NCBI GenBank assembly: GCA_041664605.1 | Contig: JBAYKO010000001.1 | Location: 9,220-73,219, forward strand | Direction of reading: 5' to 3' | Source of the DNA: Minisyncoccota bacterium | GTDB taxonomy: Bacteria > Patescibacteriota > Minisyncoccia > Phycocordibacterales > UBA9973 | Length of the DNA: 64,000 bases | Shown here: positions 8,813 to 19,118 of the stretch, one piece after another | How positions within the stretch are numbered: the stretch's first letter is position 1 | Layout of the letters: each line of letters begins with the position of its first letter | Made by a program: the position numbers and the translations under genes | The notes under the pieces: model-generated | Told to the model about the DNA's origin: nothing | Database searches by the model: none | Seen by the model: only the letters and a program-made list of their open reading frames with translations

Positions 8813-11500
8813 ATGGCATTACACAAAAATTTTCCAAAAGACCCATACGTAATTTTAGACCCTAGTATTAGGTGGTTTCCTGCTGATGAAGATTTGCGAG
8901 AAAAAGGGTTTGAAAAATTAATACCTCCACTTGTTGCTAGTTTAAGAAAGGAAATAAAAAAATGGAGAGATTCTAATTATGATGGAGCTAGTGATACTTC
9001 TAAGGCACTTTTAAATTTTTGGTTTAAAGAAGATCATATCTTGCAAAATAAAGATGGTTCAACTTATAACTTTAGATATTATTTTGCACAAAGAGAAGCA
9101 CTGGAAACTATTATTTGGCTTTACGAAGTTGCAAAAGTAAAAGATAAATATGATTTACTGAGATACAATTCTACTGGTGTATTAAGTGCAGATATGTTTA
9201 CTGAGGACTGGCTTCGTTTTGTAGTTAAAATGGCAACAGGTGCTGGCAAAACTAAAGTAATGAGCTTGGTTATTGCTTGGGCATATTTCCATAAAAAATA
9301 TGAAGAAGGTTCTGAGTTGGCTAAAAACTTCCTTTTAATAACACCAAACGTTATTGTTTTTGAAAGAATAAAAAATGATTTTGAAGGATTGAAGATTTTT
9401 TACGATGATCCTGTATTACCTGAGAATGGTTATGAAGGACAGAATTGGAATGATGATTTTCAAATAACATTACATTTACAAGATGAATTAAAAAACGTTT
9501 CAAATACAGGAAATATTTTTTTAACAAATATACACAGAGTTTATGAAAGCGACGTTTCTATTTTAAGTGCTGATGATGAAGATACAAGTGAGTATTTTCT
9601 TGGAGAAAAACCTGTTGTAAAAACAAATGATTCCAAAGTTGATTTGGGAATAATTATTCGTGATATAGAAGAATTAATAATTATTAACGATGAAGCTCAC
9701 CATATTCATGACGAAAAGATGGCTTGGTTTAAGTCTATTCAAGATATACACAATAAACTAAAAGCAAAAAATACAAAATTAGCTTTACAAATAGACATGA
9801 CTGCTACTCCGAAAAAGAATGATGGATCTATTTTTGTGCAGACAATATCAGATTACCCTTTAGTTGAGGCTATACATCAAAGAATTGTTAAAAATCCTGT
9901 AGTGCCAGATGAAGCAAGTTGTGGGAAATTAAAAGAGAATCAAAGCTCGTTATTTAGTGAAAAATATCGTGATTATATAAACTTGGGAGTAGAAGAATGG
10001 AGAAAGACATATGAATATTTAAAACCAACAGGAAAGAAATCTATTCTTTTTATAATGACTGACGATACTAAAAATTGTGATGACGTAGCTGAATATATTA
10101 GAGGAAACTTTTCTGATTTAAAAGATGCAGTTTTAACTATTCATACAAACAAAAGTGGTGAAATTTCAGAAAGTGTGACAGGTAAAAGCAAAGAAGAATT
10201 AGATATATTACGAAAACAAGCAAATGAAATAGATAGTTTAGAAAGTAAATTTAAAGTTATTGTTTCAGTTTTAATGCTTAAAGAAGGTTGGGATGTAAAA
10301 AATGTAACTACTATTGTTGGTCTTCGCCCATATACATCTGATGCAAAAATCTTACCAGAGCAGACACTTGGAAGAGGACTTAGGAGAATGTATTTTGGTG
10401 ATGAGAGTATAAAGGAATATGTGAGTGTTATAGGAACACCTGCTTTTATGGATTTTGTTAAATCTATCAAAGGTGAAGGAGTATTGCTTGAGAAAAGACT
10501 AATGGGAACTGGAGCAAAACCAATTACCCCGATGGTGATTGAAGTTGATAAAGATAATCCTAAAAAAGATATTGAGAAGCTTGATATTGAGATACCAGCA
10601 ATGTCTGCAAGAATACAAAGAGAGTATAAAAATCTTGGAGATTTGGATGTTTCTAAATTTGAAAATAGAAAATTTAAGATAAAAATATTTAGTGAGCAGG
10701 AAAAAAGAGAAATAAGATTCAATGATGTGGTGGGAGAACAATTTCACCATAGTACTGAGTTGAGTGGAAATATAAATATAGACTACCAGCGGGTTGTTGG
10801 ATTTTTTACCCAAGTGATAATGGGGGACCTTCGTCTTTTCGGTTGTTATGATGTTTTGTATGGGAAAATGAAAGAGTTTATTCAAAAATATCTTTTTGAA
10901 AAAGAAGTAGATTTAAATGATTTAAATATATTAACAAATCTTTCTGAAATAGAAGTTAGAAAAGAAATAAAAGATTCTTTTAAGAAAGCTATTAATGATT
11001 TAACTATTAAAGATAAAGGAGATACTGAAATAAAAAATTATATCAAAGTTAGTGAATCAAGACCTTTTGTTGTTAATGATAAGTCTTTTTTGATACCAAA
11101 AAAATCAGTGTTCAATCGAATTACTGGTGATAGTAATTTTGAATTGACTTTTGCTGAATTTTTGGAAAATTGTGATGATGTTATTTCTTTTGCAAAAAAC
11201 TTTATGAATAAAGAAGCAAGCGCTTTGCGAATTGAATATAAAAATACTGAAGGATTAATAGCAATATACTATCCTGATTTTTTTGTTAAAATTAATGACA
11301 AAATAATTTATATTATTGAGACAAAAGGAAGAGAAGAAGAGGATGATAAAATAAAATTTGAAAGACTTCAGCTATGGTGTGAAGATGTAAATTCTCGACA
11401 AACTAGAGCTGTATATAAAGCATTGTATATAAAACAAGAAATTTGGGAAGAAAACAAAGCTAAAAATTTTGATGAAATTATAAGACTTTTTAGTAAATAA
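8813..11500 (+). CDS. res: Type III R-M restriction subunit Res (SF2 helicase + PD-(D/E)xK)
   Basis: MATGAGKT, DEAHH, TATP, LKEGWD, QTLGRGLR, YYPDF...IIETKG. Confidence 0.9.
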   Translation: MALHKNFPKDPYVILDPSIRWFPADEDLREKGFEKLIPPLVASLRKEIKKWRDSNYDGASDTSKALLNFWFKEDHILQNKDGSTYNFRYYFAQREALETIIWLYEVAKVKDKYDLLRYNSTGVLSADMFTEDWLRFVVKMATGAGKTKVMSLVIAWAYFHKKYEEGSELAKNFLLITPNVIVFERIKNDFEGLKIFYDDPVLPENGYEGQNWNDDFQITLHLQDELKNVSNTGNIFLTNIHRVYESDVSILSADDEDTSEYFLGEKPVVKTNDSKVDLGIIIRDIEELIIINDEAHHIHDEKMAWFKSIQDIHNKLKAKNTKLALQIDMTATPKKNDGSIFVQTISDYPLVEAIHQRIVKNPVVPDEASCGKLKENQSSLFSEKYRDYINLGVEEWRKTYEYLKPTGKKSILFIMTDDTKNCDDVAEYIRGNFSDLKDAVLTIHTNKSGEISESVTGKSKEELDILRKQANEIDSLESKFKVIVSVLMLKEGWDVKNVTTIVGLRPYTSDAKILPEQTLGRGLRRMYFGDESIKEYVSVIGTPAFMDFVKSIKGEGVLLEKRLMGTGAKPITPMVIEVDKDNPKKDIEKLDIEIPAMSARIQREYKNLGDLDVSKFENRKFKIKIFSEQEKREIRFNDVVGEQFHHSTELSGNINIDYQRVVGFFTQVIMGDLRLFGCYDVLYGKMKEFIQKYLFEKEVDLNDLNILTNLSEIEVRKEIKDSFKKAINDLTIKDKGDTEIKNYIKVSESRPFVVNDKSFLIPKKSVFNRITGDSNFELTFAEFLENCDDVISFAKNFMNKEASALRIEYKNTEGLIAIYYPDFFVKINDKIIYIIETKGREEEDDKIKFERLQLWCEDVNSRQTRAVYKALYIKQEIWEENKAKNFDEIIRLFSK

Positions 11501-11504
11501 AAAT

Positions 11505-12710
11505 ATGATAACAAATATAATACTCGCAATATTAGTAGTCGGAGTTGTTTATTTAATTTTTAAGAAAGAAGATATAAATTTAAATGACGATGGAAAAATT
11601 ATTGAAGAAAATGCTCGTTTAAAAGCAGAGGTAAGTCAAAAAGATAAAAACATTGGACAGATAGCAATGGAACTTCAATCAGAAAAAACTCAAAAAGATG
11701 AATTATCTGGTAAGAATAAACGAATGTTTGTTGAAATTACAAACTTAAAAGCTAAAAATACTAGCATACTAACTGAAAAGGAAGATTTAGTAAAAGAAGT
11801 CAGCAATTTTAAGGCCACGGAAGAAAGAAAAAACAAAGAATTTGATGACAAAATTCAAAAATTAGAAGAAGCAAAACTTGCTCTTGAGGACGAAAGGAAA
11901 AGGGTTAGAAGAGAAGATGAGGAAAAGATTCAAAGTGAAAAAGAAGAAAGGAATCGAATGTGGGCTGAGCACGAAGAAGTTGTAAAGGTTAAGTTAACAG
12001 AATTATGTAAAACCCCTCAATATGCCTTTCAATATTATGACAACAATAATTTACCAAATGGTTTTGGAGGGAAATTTAAACCTGATTTTTTGATTGAATT
12101 TCTTGAACAATATGTAATTTTTGATGCTAAAGTTTCGGAGTCTGATTTACAGGGTTATATCAATAATAATGTAAAATCAACTGTAGAAAAAATAAATAAT
12201 AATCCAAATATTTATCCGATGGTATTTTTTATAGTACCAACCGATACAATAAAATCTTTAAAAAAGACCCATTTTTATGAACAAGGTTATAATTTTTTCG
12301 TTATTTCACCAGAAGCAATTGAAATTATTCTTGCTTCTTTAAAAAAAATTACTTCTTATGAATTAGCTGAACAATTAGATCCAAGGGATAGAGAGAATAT
12401 TGTTAATTTAATAGCAGAATTTGATTATCATATAAACATGAGAAATGCTTTAGATATTTTAGCATCAGAAAGTGGTGTTTCTGTTTTGAAAAAAGCGGAT
12501 TCACTTAGAAATGATATTAAGGAAGAAATTTTTCAAAAAAAGGGAAAAATGCGGTTACAACAATTTACTCCTACTGATATTAAAACTCTAATGGTTAGTA
12601 CTGAAACTCAACGAGAAAAAATAGACGAGCTGGTCTCTCCTAAAGTAGCTATTTCTGAAGATACTTTAAAAAAAGTAAGACCTGTTTTAGGAAAAAAGAA
12701 TAAAAAATAA
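11505..12710 (+). CDS. RmuC-like protein (TM anchor, coiled coil, PD-(D/E)xK domain)
   Basis: N-terminal TM, long coiled coil, KPDFLI...IFDAK. Confidence 0.65.
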   Translation: MITNIILAILVVGVVYLIFKKEDINLNDDGKIIEENARLKAEVSQKDKNIGQIAMELQSEKTQKDELSGKNKRMFVEITNLKAKNTSILTEKEDLVKEVSNFKATEERKNKEFDDKIQKLEEAKLALEDERKRVRREDEEKIQSEKEERNRMWAEHEEVVKVKLTELCKTPQYAFQYYDNNNLPNGFGGKFKPDFLIEFLEQYVIFDAKVSESDLQGYINNNVKSTVEKINNNPNIYPMVFFIVPTDTIKSLKKTHFYEQGYNFFVISPEAIEIILASLKKITSYELAEQLDPRDRENIVNLIAEFDYHINMRNALDILASESGVSVLKKADSLRNDIKEEIFQKKGKMRLQQFTPTDIKTLMVSTETQREKIDELVSPKVAISEDTLKKVRPVLGKKNKK

Positions 12711-12715
12711 ATTTT

Positions 12716-13390
12716 ATGGAAGAAAAAAAATACAAACTAAGCCCGTCAGATTTTGCTTACCTCTATGAAGAGTGTAAATGCTGTTATTATTTAAAAATAA
12801 AGCATGGTATACAACGACCATCCTTACCATTTCCAGCTGTATTTGGTGCCATAAATACTCGCATTCAAGGAACATTGATTGGAAAAAATCTTCAAGAACT
12901 TTCTCCGGACTTGCCGGAAGGATTAGTTGAAAGCCAAGAAAAATTTGTTGAGTCAAAAGTAATTCCGGGTACCAATTTATATATTAAGGGTAAATATGAT
13001 CTTTTGGTTAAACAAGACGATGGAACTTATATAGTTGTTGATTTTAAAATAACTTCTCCGGATGATGACAAAATTATTAAATATCAAACACAGCTTCAAG
13101 CATATCATTATGCTTTTGAATTTTCAGAAAAAGGAGAATCTAAGGAAGTTTCAAAATTAGGTTTAATCGTTGTATATCCAGATCAAGTTAAATTTGCTAA
13201 AGGAGAAGCATTTTTAAGTTTTCCTCCGAAATGGCTTGAAATAGAAATTAAGAGAGATTCCTTTTTAAAATTTATGAAAGAGGTGAATTATCTACTTGAG
13301 GGCCCAACTCCTCCAGAAAATCCAAATTGTAAATGGTGTGAATATCGTCATTATGGAGAAAAGTATGCCCATTTGTTTGAAAATAAATAA
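12716..13390 (+). CDS. PD-(D/E)xK nuclease, RecB/Cas4-like
   Basis: LSPS..CKCC, GKYDLL..VVDFK, QLQAY, CKWC. Confidence 0.8.
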   Translation: MEEKKYKLSPSDFAYLYEECKCCYYLKIKHGIQRPSLPFPAVFGAINTRIQGTLIGKNLQELSPDLPEGLVESQEKFVESKVIPGTNLYIKGKYDLLVKQDDGTYIVVDFKITSPDDDKIIKYQTQLQAYHYAFEFSEKGESKEVSKLGLIVVYPDQVKFAKGEAFLSFPPKWLEIEIKRDSFLKFMKEVNYLLEGPTPPENPNCKWCEYRHYGEKYAHLFENK

Positions 13391-13392
13391 AT

Positions 13393-13614
13393 TTATTCCG
13401 TTGGGTATCCTGTGGTGTTTCCGGGACACTCAAATTCACCACATTTTTCTAGAGCATTTATTCTGGATTCCTTAGCACTTTCCCTATATATCCATGTTAA
13501 TAAAATAAATCCAATCAATAAAATAATTACGATAGTACATCGATGAATTTTTTTATCTTTTTCATCTATTTCTTCACGAAGAGATTGAACTTTATCTTCT
13601 AAAATTTTTTTCAT
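13393..13614 (-). CDS. Small membrane protein
   Basis: 73 aa, one TM, tight operon spacing. Confidence 0.55.
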   Translation of the reverse strand: MKKILEDKVQSLREEIDEKDKKIHRCTIVIILLIGFILLTWIYRESAKESRINALEKCGEFECPGNTTGYPTE

Positions 13615-13617
13615 AAA

Positions 13618-13911
13618 TTATTCTTGTTCATATTTATAATCTAATGGTATAGTCTCGTAATCTATATCTAGCTCTTCAATAATAATACCTTTCTTAGAAC
13701 AAAATTCTTTAAAATCTGATGGAACAAAAAAACTTTCTGGATATATGTAAGAATTAGCTTGTTCTTCATAACATGTAATAATTTTTTTATTGTCCTGATA
13801 CATATATAAAAAAAATACTACAAGAAAAAATAAAATAAATGGATATATTTCTTTCCATAATTTTTTATTTCTCTCAGATCTTTTTATGTTTTCTTCAAGT
13901 TTATTGAACAT
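13618..13911 (-). CDS. Small membrane protein
   Basis: 97 aa, one TM. Confidence 0.55.
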   Translation of the reverse strand: MFNKLEENIKRSERNKKLWKEIYPFILFFLVVFFLYMYQDNKKIITCYEEQANSYIYPESFFVPSDFKEFCSKKGIIIEELDIDYETIPLDYKYEQE

Positions 13912-13917
13912 TGTTTT

Positions 13918-14520
13918 TTAATTATTAAGATCAGCGATTGAAATGGAAAATGAAATAAAAGGTTTTGGTTTTTTACTAAAATATAAGGAAATAGCATATC
14001 TACCGTCTTTTTCTTTTAAAAACCAACAATTAGTTTCTATATTAAAGTTTTGGTAAAGGATGTTTGCTTGACTGATGGACTCTGTAGAACTATTTGGTAA
14101 TCCATATAGTTTAATAATATATCCTAATATTTCTTTAAACCTTCTTTTTAGTTGAATTCTTGGAAATAATCCGTTACAAAATAATTGCACTCTATAATTA
14201 GCTAGCCATGTCGAGGTTTTTATTTCACCTAACTCATTTTTTAATAAATTATCAATATTCACCGGTAAATAATCTAACTCAAGTTCTCCAAAAAAAATAT
14301 TATTTTCATTAAATTTAAAAACAAAATTTTTTTGTCCGGGATATAAATCCCAACCCATGGCATATGACATACTGGCATATTGTTTACGGGTTTCCTCCGT
14401 TATGTTTTCTATAGAGTCTTTAAAATTAGAAGTTATTTTTTCTAATCCTTGAATTTCACCTATGTTTTCTATCCCATACTTAATAAGTGAAAAATATTTT
14501 GAATTATTTTCGTTTTTCAT
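13918..14520 (-). CDS. Hypothetical protein
   Basis: 200 aa, first gene of minus-strand operon. Confidence 0.65.
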   Translation of the reverse strand: MKNENNSKYFSLIKYGIENIGEIQGLEKITSNFKDSIENITEETRKQYASMSYAMGWDLYPGQKNFVFKFNENNIFFGELELDYLPVNIDNLLKNELGEIKTSTWLANYRVQLFCNGLFPRIQLKRRFKEILGYIIKLYGLPNSSTESISQANILYQNFNIETNCWFLKEKDGRYAISLYFSKKPKPFISFSISIADLNN

Positions 14521-14550
14521 ATTTTTATAGTTAATTTAATAATTGACAAA

Positions 14551-14648
14551 CAAAAAGCCCATCACGGGTAGAGACCGAAATCTCTCATATTGGTTTCCCA
14601 ATATGGCGTATGAAGCGACCCCATGACGGGTTTTTTATGCTTCATACG
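14551..14648. ncRNA. Candidate multi-branch regulatory RNA/attenuator
   Basis: Outer stem aaaagcccatcacggg/ccccatgacgggtttt enclosing two hairpins, plus alternative 10-bp pairing 14607-14616/14639-14648. Confidence 0.5.
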
Positions 14649-14713
14649 ACTTATTCACCATGCCCTTATTACTAAAGGTTTAGGCTACTTGTTTATTTGG
14701 TTGTATTGATATT

Positions 14714-15724
14714 ATGGCAAAAAACAGTAATATTAACAATATGCGTCTAGAAGAAATAGAAAATATCACAAAAAAAATAAGAGCTATTCCAATTGATTTA
14801 AAATCTGACCAAAATAGTCTGTCTACTTTTTTAGAAATAATGATTAATTACGGTTCTCAATTAGATTATTTGTTTTCTAGCTGGGATACAACAAACCCAA
14901 TTTGGGAAATTCACGAAGACTTACTTTTTGCATATGAAAAATTTAAACTGCGTTGTGTTCACTCATTAATAAAATCAAAGTTTGGAATACAAAATAAAAT
15001 TAAAAGTAAATACCCCTCACTTACTGAAGATGATGGGGTTACTGATTTATCTTTACCTCTTATTCATCCAGATCTTACAGATGGTAGAGTATTACTTAAT
15101 AATAAAATAATTCGCGTGGGGGTAATATATGGAGAAGAAGACGTTACAAGACCAACCCCTGAAGGAATAAAGCAATTTAAACTAGCCCATGAATCCCTTA
15201 AGAAAAAAATAGAAGCGCTCTCTTTAATTTTACGAAATGAAATTAATATTAAAGAAATTAAATCAGAAAAATCAAAATTAAAATTTAAACATAAATTACC
15301 CGCCGGAACAATGTGGGAAAGTTTTTTGTTTGTTTTTGTAGATTCAGAAAATGTCCAAATTATTATTGGAAATAAAAATGAGATTTTGAATTTTAAAGAA
15401 TTAGGGCTTGATAGTAAAAAAAATGGTAAACCTACTTTGCCTTGGATATTTTTTCATATTCTTGCTCAAAACAATGGGGAACTAAAACCAAATTCTAAAG
15501 ATAAAAATGATTCATATAAAAAAGCAAAACAAGCACTCATTGCTACTTTAGAGAACTTCTTTTCAATAGATTTTGACCCATTTTTTCCTTATCATACTTC
15601 CCCTGAAAAAGTTGGTAATTCTTACAGAACTAAATTTAAAATATGTTGTGAAAATCAAGTTAATAATAAAGAAACAGAAGATGTAGAAAAATCGTTTTTT
15701 GATCAATGTATTGAATCTATTTGA
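14714..15724 (+). CDS. Hypothetical protein (possible island regulator)
   Basis: 336 aa, divergent from the minus-strand operon, followed by terminator 15747-15773. Confidence 0.65.
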   Translation: MAKNSNINNMRLEEIENITKKIRAIPIDLKSDQNSLSTFLEIMINYGSQLDYLFSSWDTTNPIWEIHEDLLFAYEKFKLRCVHSLIKSKFGIQNKIKSKYPSLTEDDGVTDLSLPLIHPDLTDGRVLLNNKIIRVGVIYGEEDVTRPTPEGIKQFKLAHESLKKKIEALSLILRNEINIKEIKSEKSKLKFKHKLPAGTMWESFLFVFVDSENVQIIIGNKNEILNFKELGLDSKKNGKPTLPWIFFHILAQNNGELKPNSKDKNDSYKKAKQALIATLENFFSIDFDPFFPYHTSPEKVGNSYRTKFKICCENQVNNKETEDVEKSFFDQCIESI

Positions 15725-15812
15725 GTGATATATAGAGTTAAAATACAAAACCTCCTTTTCAGGAGGTTTTTTTGGGCGAAATTTCGCCATTAGTCTATAA
15801 GAAAGGGTAAAT

Positions 15813-15881
15813 TGCGCCTGCAAATACTCATGATTAAGGATTGAATCGCAGGCGCAGTTCAATCCTTAATCATGAGTATTT
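15813..15881. repeat. Perfect 24-bp inverted repeat upstream of the primase operon
   Basis: aaatactcatgattaaggattgaa 15822-15845 / 15858-15881. Confidence 0.85.
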
Positions 15882-15887
15882 TATTTT

Positions 15888-16085
15888 ATGACAGACAAAA
15901 ATTTATACAAAAGAGAATATGTTGAATATATATATCAATTATTATCAAAAAATTTTTTTGATGATGGATCATGTACTTATTGTAAAAAGTTGATTTACTT
16001 TAAGAAATTTAAAAATAATTTAAGTTTAAAAGAATTTACCATCTCCGGTCTTTGTCAAAAGTGTCAAGATTTAACTTCTAAATAA
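15888..16085 (+). CDS. Small zinc-finger protein, phage-like
   Basis: CTYC...SGLCQKCQD. Confidence 0.6.
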   Translation: MTDKNLYKREYVEYIYQLLSKNFFDDGSCTYCKKLIYFKKFKNNLSLKEFTISGLCQKCQDLTSK

Positions 16086-16087
16086 TT

Positions 16088-18292
16088 ATGGAAACAGAAA
16101 ACGAACAATTTAAAAAAAATTCATTACCTACTATATTGGAAGAGGCTTTGAGATATATTTCTATTGGTTTTTCTCCAATTCCTCTTGGACTAATTACAAA
16201 AAATTCTGATAATAAAAAAACAATTGAATATCCTATTAAATGGAAAGAATTTCAATACAAACAAGCTACACCAGAACAAATAAAAAAATGGGATTGTAAA
16301 AATCTTGGAATCGTTACTGGTGAAGTGTCTGGCGTTTTAGTTCTCGATGCTGATTCTTATAAAAAAAGTTTTGATTCCGAGCTTTTAAGATCTTTTAGAT
16401 TACCAATAACACCCGTGCAACAAACAGCCAGTGGTGGCACTCAATATTTTTTTAAATTACCAAAAGGACTAATTATAAAAAATGATGTTTGTATTGGACA
16501 TAAAGAATCTGGTATTGATATTCGTGCAAGTGGAGGAATGGTAATAGTTCCACCATCAAACACTCCATATGGAGAATATATTTGGCTTATAAGCCCTTTT
16601 GATACGCCATTGGCGGATATACCACAAAATTTACTAGAACTACTTAAAGATGATTCTGAAAATGAATATAAAACTAGAAAAACATTACCAGATCTTGTTG
16701 GGCTTAAAGAAGGAGAAGGTAGAAATAATGCAATGGCTTCATTTATTGGGAAATTATTAAACGCAACTCCGAAAGAGAATTGGGATAAGGAGGTTTGGGT
16801 TATGGCTCAAGAAGTAAATTTAACTTATAAACCGCCATTACAAAATAATGAACTCCGCAGTATATATGAATCTATAACAAAAATTGCAAACGAGAACATA
16901 AGTAAGCTAAGTATTGAAAATGAAAAAGAAACTGACCCTGAATCTTCTATAAAAAACAATTTAAGAAAAATTTTAAAAAAGAATCAACCTCAAGGTATAT
17001 GGGAGATATCAGAGTATTTGATAAATCGTCATAATATAAAAACAATTGGTAATAGAGATAATACAAAAGACATTTACCTCTATAAGAATGGAGTATACAA
17101 AATTGATTATGGTTTAATAAAGGAAGAAATTGTGCACATAACTCAAGACCTAGTGAAAAGTACTTTTAGGGAAGAAGTTATAAAAATGATAAAAGAAAAA
17201 ACTTACAAAGATAGAGAATGTTTTATTATTGATCGAAATCTCATTAACTTTAAAAATGGAATATACAATATTAAAAGCAAGGAACTTATCGTACATAAAC
17301 CAGAATATTTATTTTTACATCAACTTCCAATAAATTACAATCCGAGTGCAGATTGTCCAAAATTAAAAGAATTCTTAAATCAAATACTTGATGAAGAGTC
17401 CGTAAAAGTAATTCAGGAATGGTTTGGGTATTGCTTATACAGAAGCTATTTTATTAAAAAAGCAATTATTTTACTTGGCGAAAGAGATACTGGTAAAACA
17501 ACCTTATTAAAAATACTGACAAAATTTTTAGGGATAGAAAATATATCAAGTGTTAGTCTTCAAAAACTTAGTTCAGATAAATTTGCCATTTCAAACCTGT
17601 TTCAAAAACAAGCAAATATTTATGATGACCTATCTTTTAAAGACATAAATGACAACGGAATATTTAAAATGCTTACTGGTGGAGGTTCTGTAACTGGAGA
17701 AAGGAAGTTCGGAGACTTGTTTCCATTCAACAATTACGCAAAACTAACTTTTTCCTGTAATAAAATCCCAAACATTAAAGATACAAACGATGATGCGTAT
17801 TTTAGCAGGTGGATCTTATTAAGGTTTGAATATAAATCTGATAATCCCGATAAGTTTTTATTTGAAAAAATAAGCACTGACATAGAAATGTCTGGGTTAT
17901 TAAACTTTGTCTTAGAAGGACTTTATCGCATATTAGATACTCAAGATTTTAACTACAAGAAAACACCGGAAGAAATAAAATTAGAAATGACGATGTCTGC
18001 ATCATCGTTGGCACAATTTGTTAATGATGAACTAGAGGTAGTGTCAGACCCTAACATTTTTATAACCAAGGATGATATATATCAAGAATTTATAAATTAT
18101 GTCAAAAAACATTCTCTACCAGTCGCTTCCAAGGAAGCAATTGGTAAAAATCTTCATAGATTTATAACAGTTAATACTGGAAAGAAAAGTATTAAAAACG
18201 ATGAAACTGGAAAGATGGAACAGGTAAATTCATGGCTGGGACTAAAGTTTAAGAATTTTAAATCTAAAAACAACGAAATACCTTCGGGGTAG
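16088..18292 (+). CDS. Prim-Pol primase + D5-like SF3 helicase (P4-family)
   Basis: NLGIVTG..VLVLDAD, TASGG.QYFF, IDIRASGG.V.VPPS, EGEGRN, GERDTGKTT. Confidence 0.9.
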   Translation: METENEQFKKNSLPTILEEALRYISIGFSPIPLGLITKNSDNKKTIEYPIKWKEFQYKQATPEQIKKWDCKNLGIVTGEVSGVLVLDADSYKKSFDSELLRSFRLPITPVQQTASGGTQYFFKLPKGLIIKNDVCIGHKESGIDIRASGGMVIVPPSNTPYGEYIWLISPFDTPLADIPQNLLELLKDDSENEYKTRKTLPDLVGLKEGEGRNNAMASFIGKLLNATPKENWDKEVWVMAQEVNLTYKPPLQNNELRSIYESITKIANENISKLSIENEKETDPESSIKNNLRKILKKNQPQGIWEISEYLINRHNIKTIGNRDNTKDIYLYKNGVYKIDYGLIKEEIVHITQDLVKSTFREEVIKMIKEKTYKDRECFIIDRNLINFKNGIYNIKSKELIVHKPEYLFLHQLPINYNPSADCPKLKEFLNQILDEESVKVIQEWFGYCLYRSYFIKKAIILLGERDTGKTTLLKILTKFLGIENISSVSLQKLSSDKFAISNLFQKQANIYDDLSFKDINDNGIFKMLTGGGSVTGERKFGDLFPFNNYAKLTFSCNKIPNIKDTNDDAYFSRWILLRFEYKSDNPDKFLFEKISTDIEMSGLLNFVLEGLYRILDTQDFNYKKTPEEIKLEMTMSASSLAQFVNDELEVVSDPNIFITKDDIYQEFINYVKKHSLPVASKEAIGKNLHRFITVNTGKKSIKNDETGKMEQVNSWLGLKFKNFKSKNNEIPSG

Positions 18293-18409
18293 GTAAGATA
18301 TGCTAGTTAATTTTAACAATTATAATTATTTTTTGATTTTATATTTATTTAAGTAATCAATAACAACTATGATATCTAGTATAAATTTGGAAAACTAATA
18401 ATCAAAACT

Positions 18410-18898
18410 ATGAAAATAAACAAAAATAAAAACAAAATAAAAACTATTAAAAGCACGCAAGATAAGAATAAGAGCTCTTATGATAGCCTTAACCCCTTAA
18501 TTTTAGCTAAACAGATTCTAATAAAAGGTGAATCAAGGCGAGAATTCGTTGATTTTGTTGAGCAATTACGCGTCTCGCTGGGTATAAACACACCAGTTGA
18601 AGCAGAAATATTCAAAAAATATATTTTTTCTTCGTGGAAATTGAGGAGAATGAGAGAAATGGAAAAAAATATTTTGAATAGTCAACAAATATTCCAAGAG
18701 AAAAAAGAATACGATTATTTTGGAGACGTTATCTCTAAAAAAACACCTTCCAAAAAAAGAAGGGTTAGGAATATAAGCATGATTTACATAAATGATGAGA
18801 TACAGAAAGTATTAAATTTTCAGGACAAACTAGAAAAACAAACAACCAAAATTCTTAGACAACTAAGAGAAGAACAAAATTTAAATAAAATTGATTAA
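18410..18898 (+). CDS. Hypothetical protein
   Basis: 162 aa in the replication/integration module. Confidence 0.6.
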   Translation: MKINKNKNKIKTIKSTQDKNKSSYDSLNPLILAKQILIKGESRREFVDFVEQLRVSLGINTPVEAEIFKKYIFSSWKLRRMREMEKNILNSQQIFQEKKEYDYFGDVISKKTPSKKRRVRNISMIYINDEIQKVLNFQDKLEKQTTKILRQLREEQNLNKID

Positions 18899-18918
18899 TA
18901 ATATTTGAAGATGATATA

Positions 18919-19116
18919 ATGAATGAGCTACGTAAAAGTTTAATAAGTTATCAAAATTTTGAACCTAAAGAGGGGCAACGAAAGCTTTTACGTAGCAGTA
19001 AAGACTTAATTCGTTGTCCCTCTTTAGATTATAAATACGTTGTTTCTTCGGAGCTTGAGGTCGATCGAGCTTTTGATATTCTTTTTGAGGAGACAATGAA
19101 ACTAAATGAAAAATAG
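18919..19116 (+). CDS. Small protein 2 nt upstream of the recombinase (possible directionality factor)
   Basis: 65 aa; role inferred from position only. Confidence 0.45.
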   Translation: MNELRKSLISYQNFEPKEGQRKLLRSSKDLIRCPSLDYKYVVSSELEVDRAFDILFEETMKLNEK

Positions 19117-19118
19117 TT

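Noticed and set aside
10141-10885. Long antisense ORFs in res (and in ftsA, ftsZ, lepA, tsaD)
   Set aside because: Antisense shadows of well-supported genes
12716-13390. Cas4-like gene as evidence for CRISPR-Cas
   Set aside because: No repeat-spacer array and no other cas genes seen in the window
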